NCBI GenBank assembly: GCA_044350705.1
Contig: JBILHA010000001.1
Span: 177,809 to 241,808 of the forward strand
Length of the DNA stretch: 64,000 bases
From: Candidatus Kapaibacterium sp.
GTDB taxonomy: Bacteria; Patescibacteriota; Patescibacteriia; UBA9934
Direction: 5' to 3'
Shown in pieces: positions 30,748-39,770 of the stretch; the stretch's first letter is position 1, and each line of letters begins with the position of its first letter. The notes beneath the pieces were generated by a model that saw only the letters and a list, made by a program, of their open reading frames with translations, ran no database searches and was not told the DNA's origin. The translations under genes and the position numbers were made by a program.

Positions 30748-32256
30748 TTATGCGGTGGCTTTTTTGGGTGCAAAGCCTTTTGGAGGGATGCCTGGAGGAA
30801 GATTGGTGTTCTCGGAAGCAGGTGTTGCGGGTGAACCGTTAGGAGAGGTTGCGAATGTTGAAGGATTTCCTCCGTTTTTCGGAAGAGCGTTTGCGGGGAG
30901 TTGGGTACTGTGGCGCGTATCGAGATTTTTGAAGCTTGCGCGTGCGCCGTCCCAGAAGAGTTTTACGACGCCAGTAGGACCGTTACGGTGTTTGGCGATG
31001 TGTACTTCTGCGGAAGCTTTTTCTTCTGGTGTGAGTTCTTCAATTTGATAGTTACGGTCTGCGGCTTTTCGGTACAAAAACATGACGACGTCAGCGTCTT
31101 GCTCAATAGATCCCGAGTCACGGAGGTGTGAAAGGCGAGGAATTGCTGGTTTTGTCATTTCGACCGCACGAGAAAGCTGTGCAAGGGCGAGGACTGGTAC
31201 GTTTAATTCGCGCGCGATCTGTTTGAGACCACGGCTGATTTCCGCAACTTCTTGCACGCGGTTATCGCTTTTTCGATTGCGACCTTCCATGAGCTGTAAG
31301 TAGTCGACGACGATCATGGAGAGGCCGTGCTCGGTTTGTAAGCGACGTGCTTTGGTACGAATCGCCATGACCGAGGCTGCAGAAGAATCATCAATATAAA
31401 TTGGGGCTTCGGAGAGTTTTCCGAGTGCATCACCAATTTTTGGAAAGTCGTCCTCATGTTCGGAAAGGCGTCCGGTACGCAGTTTCCAGAGATCCACTCC
31501 TGCTTCCGCACAAATTAAACGATCAACGAGCTGTTCTTTTGACATTTCCAAGCTGAAGAAGCCCACGGGGAGTTTTGTGCGGAGAGCGACGTTACGGCAG
31601 AGGTCGAGTGCGAAGGATGTTTTACCGACGGAAGGACGAGCAGCGAGAATAACAAGGTCGGAACGCTGGAGGCCTGCGAGGAGATTATCAAGACCAGTGA
31701 AGCCGGTAGGAACACCGCGCAGTTTTCCTTTGTCGCGATGCAGTTCGTCGATACGATCAAAGGCTTCGTCCAGAATTGATTTGAGGGGAACAAAACTTTG
31801 TTTCAGGAAGTTTCCGGAAACGTTAAAGAGGCGTTGTTCTGCTTGATCAAGGACGAGATCCACGTCTTGCGTTTCGTCGAATCCAAGCTCAGTAATTTCT
31901 CCTGCAGCGTTGATCAGGCGGCGTAATGCTGCTTTTTTAGAAATAATTTCTGCGTAATGCGCGATGTTTGCCGCGGTAGTAACGGAGTTGGAGAGTTCAA
32001 CGAGCATGGTGCGTCCGCCAATTTGTTTGAGGACGCCTTTTTCTTCTAGGCGGTTTCCAAGGGTGAGGAGGTCGATTGGTTGATGGCTGCTATATAAATC
32101 CTGCATCGTTTCAAAGATGATGCGATGTGATTCTTTATAAAAATCTTCCGGACGAACATTGTCGCCGATTTTGAGAAATGCTTCTGGATCAAGCAGAACT
32201 CCGCCAAGAAGGGATTGTTCGGCTTGGATATTGTGTGGGGGAATTCGGCCCTCCAT
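30748..32256 (-). CDS. dnaB: Replicative DNA helicase
   Basis: PPHNIQAEQ, AARPSVGKT, SLEMS, DYLQLM, LRDSGSIEQDAD, AKHRNGPTG; no intein. Confidence 0.97.
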   Translation of the reverse strand: MEGRIPPHNIQAEQSLLGGVLLDPEAFLKIGDNVRPEDFYKESHRIIFETMQDLYSSHQPIDLLTLGNRLEEKGVLKQIGGRTMLVELSNSVTTAANIAHYAEIISKKAALRRLINAAGEITELGFDETQDVDLVLDQAEQRLFNVSGNFLKQSFVPLKSILDEAFDRIDELHRDKGKLRGVPTGFTGLDNLLAGLQRSDLVILAARPSVGKTSFALDLCRNVALRTKLPVGFFSLEMSKEQLVDRLICAEAGVDLWKLRTGRLSEHEDDFPKIGDALGKLSEAPIYIDDSSAASVMAIRTKARRLQTEHGLSMIVVDYLQLMEGRNRKSDNRVQEVAEISRGLKQIARELNVPVLALAQLSRAVEMTKPAIPRLSHLRDSGSIEQDADVVMFLYRKAADRNYQIEELTPEEKASAEVHIAKHRNGPTGVVKLFWDGARASFKNLDTRHSTQLPANALPKNGGNPSTFATSPNGSPATPASENTNLPPGIPPKGFAPKKATA

Positions 32257-32328
32257 ATGCGAGGATGCTACCTTGCGGCAGGCTTTTTAGGAAGTGGAAA
32301 AAGTGGGGACAAGGTATACTATGCCCAT

Positions 32329-33459
32329 ATGCATGAGCGAATTTCGCTGTGGAGGGGCATGCGTCCACTGATTGGTACGGTTGTTGGGGTAGGTTTTTTT
32401 GGCCTTCCGTACGTTTTTGCACGCGCCGGCTATGGCATTGCTCTTCTTGAGCTTTTTCTTTTAGCGGTCGTTCAAATTGCTTTTTTGCGCATGTACGCAG
32501 ATCTCACTTTGGCAAAAAAGGGACATGCACGGTTCTTGCATATTGTTGCGGATGCGTTTGGTCCGGTGGGAAAGGGCGTGGCTATCATGAGTTTTTTTGG
32601 ATCTTTTTGGGGGGCGCTGGTAGCCTATCTTCTCGCGGGAGGGGAGTTCCTTTCATATCTTTTGAAAGTTTGGATTCCAACCATTTCACCTCATGTGCTG
32701 AGTATCGGGTATGGAGCAGTGCTTTTTCTCGCGCTTTTTGGTGGCATGTTTGTGACAAGTCATGTACAAAAGTATCTCGTACCTTTTTTCTTTTGTATTA
32801 TTGCGTTTCTTGTCGCGTTTGCGCTTCCTTCGGTTCGTGTTGAGTACCTTGCTTCTCTCCAATTCGATTCCTGGGTCCTTCCTCTGGGCGTCATTCTCTT
32901 TTCTCTGAGTGCCATTACGGCCATTCCTGAAATGCGGGATGTTCTTCGGGGTAATGCCAAGCGACTTCATCAAGCAATTTTTTGGGGCATTCTTACGGTT
33001 GCAACGGTATACGCAATTTTTACTGCAACGGTAGTGGGGATTACGGGCCTTGGGACTCCCGAACAGGCGATTTCCGCATTTGCACATGTGGCACCATGGA
33101 TGGTTTTAGTAGGGTCTCTGCTGGGACTGACAACCATTACCAGCGCATATATCAATGTAGGTTCCGCACTTATCAATACGTTGCTTTACGATTTTCGTGC
33201 TCGTTTCGTGCCCTCATGGTTGTTTGTCGGAGGTGTGCCTTTCGTTGTTGTGCTTTTGGGAGTTGAAAACATGATTCATGTACTGCAATTTACCGGGGGT
33301 GTTTTGGGAGCTCTTTTGGGAATCATTGTTCTTCTCGCATATGAAAAAGCGCGCAGATCGCGTGAACTTTCTGCGCACTCCCATGTTGCTTCTCCCTTTT
33401 TAGTTTTTGGAGTTTTTACGGTGTTTTTTGTCATGCTCGTCATGACTTTGCGTTCTTAA
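32329..33459 (+). CDS. Aromatic amino acid permease family (HAAAP/Mtr-TyrP-like) transporter
   Basis: IGTVVGVGFFGLPY, GVILFSL....AIPE; about 11 TM helices. Confidence 0.8.
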   Translation: MHERISLWRGMRPLIGTVVGVGFFGLPYVFARAGYGIALLELFLLAVVQIAFLRMYADLTLAKKGHARFLHIVADAFGPVGKGVAIMSFFGSFWGALVAYLLAGGEFLSYLLKVWIPTISPHVLSIGYGAVLFLALFGGMFVTSHVQKYLVPFFFCIIAFLVAFALPSVRVEYLASLQFDSWVLPLGVILFSLSAITAIPEMRDVLRGNAKRLHQAIFWGILTVATVYAIFTATVVGITGLGTPEQAISAFAHVAPWMVLVGSLLGLTTITSAYINVGSALINTLLYDFRARFVPSWLFVGGVPFVVVLLGVENMIHVLQFTGGVLGALLGIIVLLAYEKARRSRELSAHSHVASPFLVFGVFTVFFVMLVMTLRS

Positions 33460-34304
33460 ACATCCTTTGCTCGTTCCTGAACATCTTTTGCTTTTATGAC
33501 GTTCATCAGAAGGTAGGCGACCGTGAGCGGGCCTACTCCTCCTGGAACTTTACTGAGAAATCCTGCATGTCCTTCGAGTTCTAGCGAAGCATCTCCTCGT
33601 ACCTTTCCGTCTTCGCCTTTATTTGTTCCTACATCAATGACAATTGCAGAGTTCTTTACCATGTCTTTGGTGAGGACCCTTGCTTCTCCTACGGCAACTA
33701 CGATGATATCTGCTACGCGACAGATGTCTTTGTAGCCGGGAGTTTCACGCGATACCCATTCTGCGGCGACATGATTTTCTTTTAAGAGCTCGATGATAGG
33801 CTCTGCGAAAATCAGACTATTTCCTAAAATGACTGCCGTTCGGCCGTGGAGTGGCTGACGTGTTGCTTGAATAAGGCGCATGATTGCAAGGGCGACGGGA
33901 GGAACGAGCAGCGGTTCATCCGCAAGAAGTGCTTTTCTGTTTTCTGGGTGAAATCCATCCACATCTTTTGTGGGATGGATCTCTTCGATGATTTCATCGG
34001 TGTTGAGATGGGGGGGGAGGGGGAGCTGTACGAGGATCCCATTGATATCTGTTCGTTTATTCAGTTCTCGGATTTTCTCTAATACCACCTCTGCTTTTGT
34101 GTCTTCGGGAAAAAGGTGTTTTTCAACATAAATACCTACTTCTTGCCCGGCTTTTTCCTTGAGGGAAACGTAAAGATGGGAGGCGGGATTTTCGCCTACG
34201 AGAATGACGCCAAGTCCTGGAGGTTGGCGAAGATCGGCGACGCGTTGCGCTACCTTTTCTTGGATTGTTCTCGCGAGAACGGTTCCATTGAGTATTTCTG
34301 TCAT
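33456..34304 (-). CDS. folD: Methylenetetrahydrofolate dehydrogenase/cyclohydrolase
   Basis: YVSLK, GILVQLPLP, KDVDGFH, VPGGVGPLT. Confidence 0.95.
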   Translation of the reverse strand: MTEILNGTVLARTIQEKVAQRVADLRQPPGLGVILVGENPASHLYVSLKEKAGQEVGIYVEKHLFPEDTKAEVVLEKIRELNKRTDINGILVQLPLPPHLNTDEIIEEIHPTKDVDGFHPENRKALLADEPLLVPPVALAIMRLIQATRQPLHGRTAVILGNSLIFAEPIIELLKENHVAAEWVSRETPGYKDICRVADIIVVAVGEARVLTKDMVKNSAIVIDVGTNKGEDGKVRGDASLELEGHAGFLSKVPGGVGPLTVAYLLMNVIKAKDVQERAKDV

Positions 34305-34383
34305 ACAATGACAAAAAGTATGCAAAACTTTGCGAAAAAAAGCAAAACAGCCCGTTGGGCTGCTTATGCTTTTTTAGTATAGA

Positions 34384-35688
34384 CTAGCTTTCCCATTCCT
34401 TCGCAAAAAGTGGACGTTCTTGCATGAATGCATGGATTTCAGATTTTATCGTTGCAAGTTTTTGCTCATCGCCTTTACTGAGAAGCGCAGCATCCATCCA
34501 CTCGACTACACGCTCCATGTCTTCAGGTTGCAAACCACGCGTGGTAATTGCCGGAGAGCCCATGCGTAGACCGCTTGGGCGGAAGGGGGGGAGAGGATCA
34601 TTGGCAATGCTGTTGCAGTTTGCGGTGATGCTGATGGAATCGAGGATGTTTTGCGCTTCACGGCCGTCAATGTTGCGGCTCTTCATCATGTCGATTTGGA
34701 GAAGATGATTATCGGTGCCGTTGGTGATGAGTTTGTAACCTCGTTTCATGAGCGCTTCAGAAAGTGCTTTTGCATTCGCGATGACGCGTTCGCCGTACGC
34801 TTTGAAATTCGGTTGTAGCGCTTCTTTGAATGCGACGGCCTTTGCCGCGATGTTATTCATGTGCGGACCTCCTTGGAAACCGGGGAATACCTGGCGGTCA
34901 ATAAGTGTAGGAATGTTTTCAATGTTTTTTTCTGGAGCCTTCAGGGGATTGCTTACGGTTCCTTTGCTGAGAATCATGCCACCACGGGGACCGCGCAGGG
35001 TTTTGTGCGTTGTCGTGGTGAGGACGTGAAAGCCGTCATCAAATGGGTTGGGAAGGACTTTTCCTGCGATCAGACCTGCGATGTGTGCGACGTCGGCCAT
35101 GAGGAGCGCGCCTACTTCGTTTGCAATGTCGGCAAATTTTCCGTAATCCAAGCTGCGGGGATACCCGCTAAATCCTGCGAGAATAATTTTTGGTCGCTCT
35201 TTGAGCGCGACTTCGCGCATTTCGTCAAAGTCGATTTCTCCCGTCTCTACATCTTTCATGCCATAGCGTACAAAGTTATAGAGTTTTGCACTGCCGGTTA
35301 CCGGATGGCCGTGCGTGAGGTGTCCGCCGTGATCGAGTTTCATCGCAAGAACAGTGTCTCCTGGTTCAAGCCATGCTTGGTAGACGGCAATGTTTGCGGG
35401 TGCTCCTGAATGCGGCTGAACATTTGCGTGATCTGCGCCAAAGAGTTGCTTCGCGCGATCGATGGCAAGCTGTTCGATAACGTCGACGTTTTGACATCCG
35501 CCGTAATAGCGTTTGCCAGGGTATCCCTCCGCGTACTTGTTGGTTGCGATGGAGCCAAGCGCTTCGAGAACCGCAGGGGAAACGAAGTTTTCTGAAGGAA
35601 TCATTTCGAGGCCTTCGCGTTGGCGTTGCTCTTCGGAAATGAGGGCGTTGGCAATGTCGGAGTCAGTGTGGGAGAGAGAGGGGAACAT
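34384..35688 (-). CDS. glyA: Serine hydroxymethyltransferase
   Basis: SENF, NKYAEGYPGKRYYGG, GGHLTHG, TTTTHKTLRGPRGG. Confidence 0.98.
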   Translation of the reverse strand: MFPSLSHTDSDIANALISEEQRQREGLEMIPSENFVSPAVLEALGSIATNKYAEGYPGKRYYGGCQNVDVIEQLAIDRAKQLFGADHANVQPHSGAPANIAVYQAWLEPGDTVLAMKLDHGGHLTHGHPVTGSAKLYNFVRYGMKDVETGEIDFDEMREVALKERPKIILAGFSGYPRSLDYGKFADIANEVGALLMADVAHIAGLIAGKVLPNPFDDGFHVLTTTTHKTLRGPRGGMILSKGTVSNPLKAPEKNIENIPTLIDRQVFPGFQGGPHMNNIAAKAVAFKEALQPNFKAYGERVIANAKALSEALMKRGYKLITNGTDNHLLQIDMMKSRNIDGREAQNILDSISITANCNSIANDPLPPFRPSGLRMGSPAITTRGLQPEDMERVVEWMDAALLSKGDEQKLATIKSEIHAFMQERPLFAKEWES

Positions 35689-35695
35689 AGAGAAA

Positions 35696-35770
35696 AGGGG
35701 AGTTAGGGGAGTGAAGGGAGTAATCCGGCGAGTAGCCGGACGGGAGGGAGTGAGGGGAGTAAGGGGGGGG
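35696..35770 (+). repeat. G-rich 9-mer repeat with the embedded TCCGGC-GAGTA-GCCGGA palindrome
   Basis: Same element as 23925-23978, located immediately upstream of the glyA start. Confidence 0.85.
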
Positions 35771-35913
35771 TGTTTGTTGAATTTATCGTTAACCGTTAAC
35801 CCTCAACTGTCAACAATATTCTCTATTCCATACTCGGCGCATCATAGGAGAAGCGTTTCTCTTTGTGGAGGGAGTTATCCAGGAAGGGAAAATGAGGTAT
35901 TCTCTAGGGGACT

Positions 35914-36888
35914 ATGGAATCCTTTGTACAGGCCATGCAGGACCGTTTTGGTTCTTTATTTAAGGAACAGGAGCCTTTGGGGAGACATTTGAATATTCGT
36001 ATTGGCGGTCCTGCGCGTTTTTTTGTTGAGACTAAAACCGAGGATGAGGTAAAAGATGCGGTTCGTTTTGCTCGTCAGCATGATGTGGAGTACTTCGTTC
36101 TCGGAGGAGGATCGAATACGCTTGCGAACGATGAAGGGTGGAATGGCTTGGTCATTAAAATGACGAATCGCGCGCTTTTTATTGAGGGTACGAAGGTGGT
36201 CGCGGATGCGGGAGTGATCTCTGCGCTTGTTGCCCGCAAAGCGGCCGAACGGGGCTTGCAAGGTTTTGGGTGGGCTATTTCATTGCCAGGAACCATGGGT
36301 GGAGCGGTGCGCGGGAATGCGGGATGTTTTGGAGGAGAAATGAAAGATACCGTAACTTCAGTAAAAGTGATTCGTCATGATGAGGTTGTAGAGATGGCTG
36401 CTCATGACCTTCGTTTTGGGTATCGGCATAGCATTTTTAAAGAACCTTCTCATGTGGGTGACGTTATTTTTTCCGTCACTATGGAGTTGCGGCAGGGAAT
36501 TTCTGAGGAGGAAATGGCGTTGCTTGAGAAGTATCTTGCATCACGAAAGGCCTCTCAGCCTTTGGGATCTTCTTCTGCGGGATGTATGTTTAAGAATTTT
36601 GAGTTTACAGATGAGACGGAGATAGGGCGGATGAAGACGGATGCGGACATTCCTGAGCATATGCTTGCGAATCACCGGATTGCTGCGGGATGGATCATTG
36701 AACAGTTGGGACTGAAAGGCTTGCAGGTGGGGGATGCTCAGGTTTCTGATGTGCATGGGAATTTTCTTTTGAATAAAGGACATGCGACTGCAAAAGATAT
36801 TGCGATGCTCATTAGTCGCATTAAAATGGAAGCACGTGATAAATACGGTATAGAGTTACATGAAGAAGTGCAGTTTTTAGGTTTATAA
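35914..36888 (+). CDS. murB: UDP-N-acetylenolpyruvoylglucosamine reductase
   Basis: RIGGPA, LGGGSNTL, PGTMGGAVRGNAG, FGYRHS, SAGCMFKN, HGNFLLN. Confidence 0.95.
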   Translation: MESFVQAMQDRFGSLFKEQEPLGRHLNIRIGGPARFFVETKTEDEVKDAVRFARQHDVEYFVLGGGSNTLANDEGWNGLVIKMTNRALFIEGTKVVADAGVISALVARKAAERGLQGFGWAISLPGTMGGAVRGNAGCFGGEMKDTVTSVKVIRHDEVVEMAAHDLRFGYRHSIFKEPSHVGDVIFSVTMELRQGISEEEMALLEKYLASRKASQPLGSSSAGCMFKNFEFTDETEIGRMKTDADIPEHMLANHRIAAGWIIEQLGLKGLQVGDAQVSDVHGNFLLNKGHATAKDIAMLISRIKMEARDKYGIELHEEVQFLGL

Positions 36889-36890
36889 GT

Positions 36891-37928
36891 ATGTTTCGCG
36901 AACGCGCTTTTCCTCCTCAGGAAGTTTCTCGTCTTGATCAGATGCTTGCAGACTTTCCTGATCACCCGATTCTTTCTCGATATCGTGTTCAGGAAGTGGG
37001 GCGAGGTGGTTATCGCGTGGTCTTTTCACTGGAAAAGCACCCGGGTCTCGTTGCTAAAGTTGATCCCCGTCAGCTGAAAAAGGGCGTAGATGTTTTTTCT
37101 CATCAAGAAGATTCTCCTGGGCAGCGTGAAGAATTTGTTGGACATTTGAAAGAGCAGGTTACGCGGGATCGTCGTCGTTTGCATCATTTACGTGCATATT
37201 TCGGTGACTGGATTCCAAGAGAGCGTATTGTTTTGCGCGATCTTTCTGTCACTGAAGATCTCGTACATTTTCTTGAACATCCTCATGATGAGCATCGTGA
37301 AATTACTCATGATGCTTCATGTATCGATGTTCCCGCCGTTGTGCATTTACAAGAGCGAGTTTCTTTTGAGAATTCTTGCGATATCGGATTCGTTTTGCAT
37401 GAGAATGATTCCTCCTGTTCAGATGAGCGTTATGTGCGTCTGCACCGGGTTTTGTCTGAGCCTCATTTGGGAGCTGATTATCTTGGCAGTTTTTTTGCCG
37501 GTCAGGAATTGCTCCGCGTGATTCGTGATCATGCGCGTGCACGTGATTTGTTGCGTACGTTTATTACACGAGTAAGTACATATACTCATGAGGTGGGGGA
37601 AATGATTGATTTTGCCGGGCGGCACAATTGCTTTTTGTATTTGAAGCATGGTAAATCGTGGGATATTTCTTTGCCTGACGCGCTCACGCCCCGTGAGTAT
37701 GAGTGGAGTTTTGCAAACGATAGTTTGACGCATCTTTTGTCGGATGGTGCGTGTACTAAACGAGAAGCTCAGGCGCTTATGCATGCCTTGAGCTATACGC
37801 GTTTTCTTGCAGCATGTGCGGATGCTATTGATCTCCGATCGATTGAACTCCCTCGACTCAAAGATGTTGATCGTATACCGCTTCTTGATTTGCGACGCAT
37901 GCTTCTCGCGTCAATAAACGGTGTATAG
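36891..37928 (+). CDS. Hypothetical protein, possibly protein-kinase-like fold
   Basis: GRGGYRVV...VAK, DFAGRHN, LPD. Confidence 0.6.
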   Translation: MFRERAFPPQEVSRLDQMLADFPDHPILSRYRVQEVGRGGYRVVFSLEKHPGLVAKVDPRQLKKGVDVFSHQEDSPGQREEFVGHLKEQVTRDRRRLHHLRAYFGDWIPRERIVLRDLSVTEDLVHFLEHPHDEHREITHDASCIDVPAVVHLQERVSFENSCDIGFVLHENDSSCSDERYVRLHRVLSEPHLGADYLGSFFAGQELLRVIRDHARARDLLRTFITRVSTYTHEVGEMIDFAGRHNCFLYLKHGKSWDISLPDALTPREYEWSFANDSLTHLLSDGACTKREAQALMHALSYTRFLAACADAIDLRSIELPRLKDVDRIPLLDLRRMLLASINGV

Positions 37929-37988
37929 CGTTCTTGTTTTTTTCAATGCTCGTGTTACAACGGAGATGAAGATTCTTTCTTCATTTTT

Positions 37989-38291
37989 ATGCGCATTATT
38001 GATATTCGTGGTCTCAATATTGAGCTCACCGATGCTCTCCATGCGTTCGTGCATGAGAAGCTTCGTGCTCTTGAAAAATTGTGTGAGAGCTATTCTCCCT
38101 GTGATGTTTCTGTTGAAGTAGGAAAGATAACACCTGCTCAGCATAAGGGAAATATTTGGCGTGCTGAGTTGCGCATGACGATTCCGGGAAATTCTTTTCA
38201 CATTGAGCGTGTTACTGACGATCTTTATGCTGCTGTTGATTTAGCAAAAGATGCATTAAAGCAACAAATTGTCGATTATAAAAGAAAATAA
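37989..38291 (+). CDS. hpf: Ribosome hibernation factor HPF/RaiA
   Basis: NIELTDAL..FV.EK...DLYAAVD.A.D.L..Q. Confidence 0.9.
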   Translation: MRIIDIRGLNIELTDALHAFVHEKLRALEKLCESYSPCDVSVEVGKITPAQHKGNIWRAELRMTIPGNSFHIERVTDDLYAAVDLAKDALKQQIVDYKRK

Positions 38292-38294
38292 TTG

Positions 38295-38329
38295 GGCGCC
38301 CAGGATATTGGGCGCCTTTCTTTTTTTTT
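38295..38329 (+). terminator. Intrinsic terminator after hpf
   Basis: GGCGCCCA-GGATAT-TGGGCGCC followed by a T-tract. Confidence 0.65.
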
Positions 38330-38355
38330 GCCCTTGTCGTACGCTCATTTCATCT

Positions 38356-39756
38356 ATGGCATTTCTTCCTTCGTTTTCTCATGTGCATTGTGTAGGTATT
38401 GGTGGTATTGGCGTTTCGGGGGTTGCGCGCTTTTGCAAGGCGCATGGGAAGGGAGTGAGCGGTTCTGATCTTTCCGGGAGTGAGCTTACGGATGCTTTGG
38501 TTCGAGAGCATATTGAAGTGCATCTTGGTCCTTCTGATGCCTCGTGGATTCCGGTCGGATGTGATCTTTTGGTTTACTCTGAGGCGGTTCCTGAAGATGC
38601 TCCTGAACGCGTAGAGGCTCAAAAGCGCGGAATTCGTCAGCTTGGGCATTTTGGTTTTATCGGGGAATTGTCAAAAGATTTCCGTACCATTTGTATTTCT
38701 GGCACCAATGGCAAGTCAACAACGACGGCTATGGTAGGAAGGATTTTTGAAGCTGCGGGAATGGATCCCACGGTATTTGTCGGATCTCTTTTGCCTGATT
38801 GGTCACTTGGAAACGTGCGCGTAGGCGAGAGCGATATTTTGATTGTAGAGGGAGATGAATATAAGAAAAAAATGCTTGCGCTTCATCCGGAAGTAACTTT
38901 GATTACGAATATTGAAGCTGATCATTTGGATGTTTATAAAGACCTTCAAGATATCGAAGAATCGTTTCATAAACTTTGTGAGCAGACGACGCGTTTAGTA
39001 TTTTTGAATCCACACGATCGTGATCGTGGAATTGTTTGCGGCCATGAGCAGGCAGAGGCGCGGCTTTTTGGAGAGGCACTTCACCAGGGACGGCGAAAAA
39101 CTCAAGCAGGATCGCAGTCGCTAGCAATGGAGGCTCGTATTCTTCCCCTTTTGCCGTTTAAGAAGAAGGTAGGAGAGCTGATCCTTCAGATTCCTGGGGA
39201 GTTTAATATGATGAACGCGCTTGGTGCGGTTGCTCTTGGTGAAGCGTTTGGGATTGATTTTGAGATCATGCGAAAGACCCTCGAAGATTTTACCGGTATT
39301 TGGCGACGGTTTGAGCGTGTTGGCGAATTTCAAGGTGCTCCTGTTGTTTCTGACTATGCGCATCATCCCACGGCAATTAAAGGAACGCTCAAGGCTGCGA
39401 AAGAATTTTTTCCCGGCAAGCGAATCGTTGCGCTTTTTGAACCGCATCAACATAGTCGCACAAAAGAACTCTTTGATGATTTTGTAACTTCTTTTGATGA
39501 TGCTGACGTACTCATTCTCTCTGAGGTGTATGGCGTTGCGGGGCGTACAGATGAAAAAGATCAGGTGTCGAGTGAGGATTTATTAGTGGCGGTTGAAAAG
39601 CATCAAGAAGTAAAAGGAGTACAGACTGATCGGTATTTTGTCTCCGATCTCAAGGATGCTGAAGAAAAAATACGTGAGCTTGCTCAAGAACAGGATGTTA
39701 TTTTAGTTATGGGTGCGGGGAATGTTGATAAAGTGGCGAGAAACTTAGTTTCTTAG
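38356..39756 (+). CDS. murC: UDP-N-acetylmuramate--L-alanine ligase
   Basis: GIGGIGVS, GTNGKSTT, TNIEADHLD, DYAHHPT, FEPHQHSRT, MGAG. Confidence 0.95.
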   Translation: MAFLPSFSHVHCVGIGGIGVSGVARFCKAHGKGVSGSDLSGSELTDALVREHIEVHLGPSDASWIPVGCDLLVYSEAVPEDAPERVEAQKRGIRQLGHFGFIGELSKDFRTICISGTNGKSTTTAMVGRIFEAAGMDPTVFVGSLLPDWSLGNVRVGESDILIVEGDEYKKKMLALHPEVTLITNIEADHLDVYKDLQDIEESFHKLCEQTTRLVFLNPHDRDRGIVCGHEQAEARLFGEALHQGRRKTQAGSQSLAMEARILPLLPFKKKVGELILQIPGEFNMMNALGAVALGEAFGIDFEIMRKTLEDFTGIWRRFERVGEFQGAPVVSDYAHHPTAIKGTLKAAKEFFPGKRIVALFEPHQHSRTKELFDDFVTSFDDADVLILSEVYGVAGRTDEKDQVSSEDLLVAVEKHQEVKGVQTDRYFVSDLKDAEEKIRELAQEQDVILVMGAGNVDKVARNLVS

Positions 39757-39770
39757 AAAGAAAAATAGAT

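Noticed and set aside
30748-32256. Possible intein in DnaB
   Set aside because: Length and motif spacing are normal; the extra residues are a low-complexity C-terminal tail.
35771-35913. Possible riboswitch (ZTP/THF/glycine) upstream of glyA-folD, and a 7-nt periodic tract CGTTAAC-CGTTAAC-CCTCAAC-TGTCAAC
   Set aside because: No riboswitch consensus recognisable by eye (an Infernal/Rfam scan would settle it); the 7-mer tract is short and seen only once.
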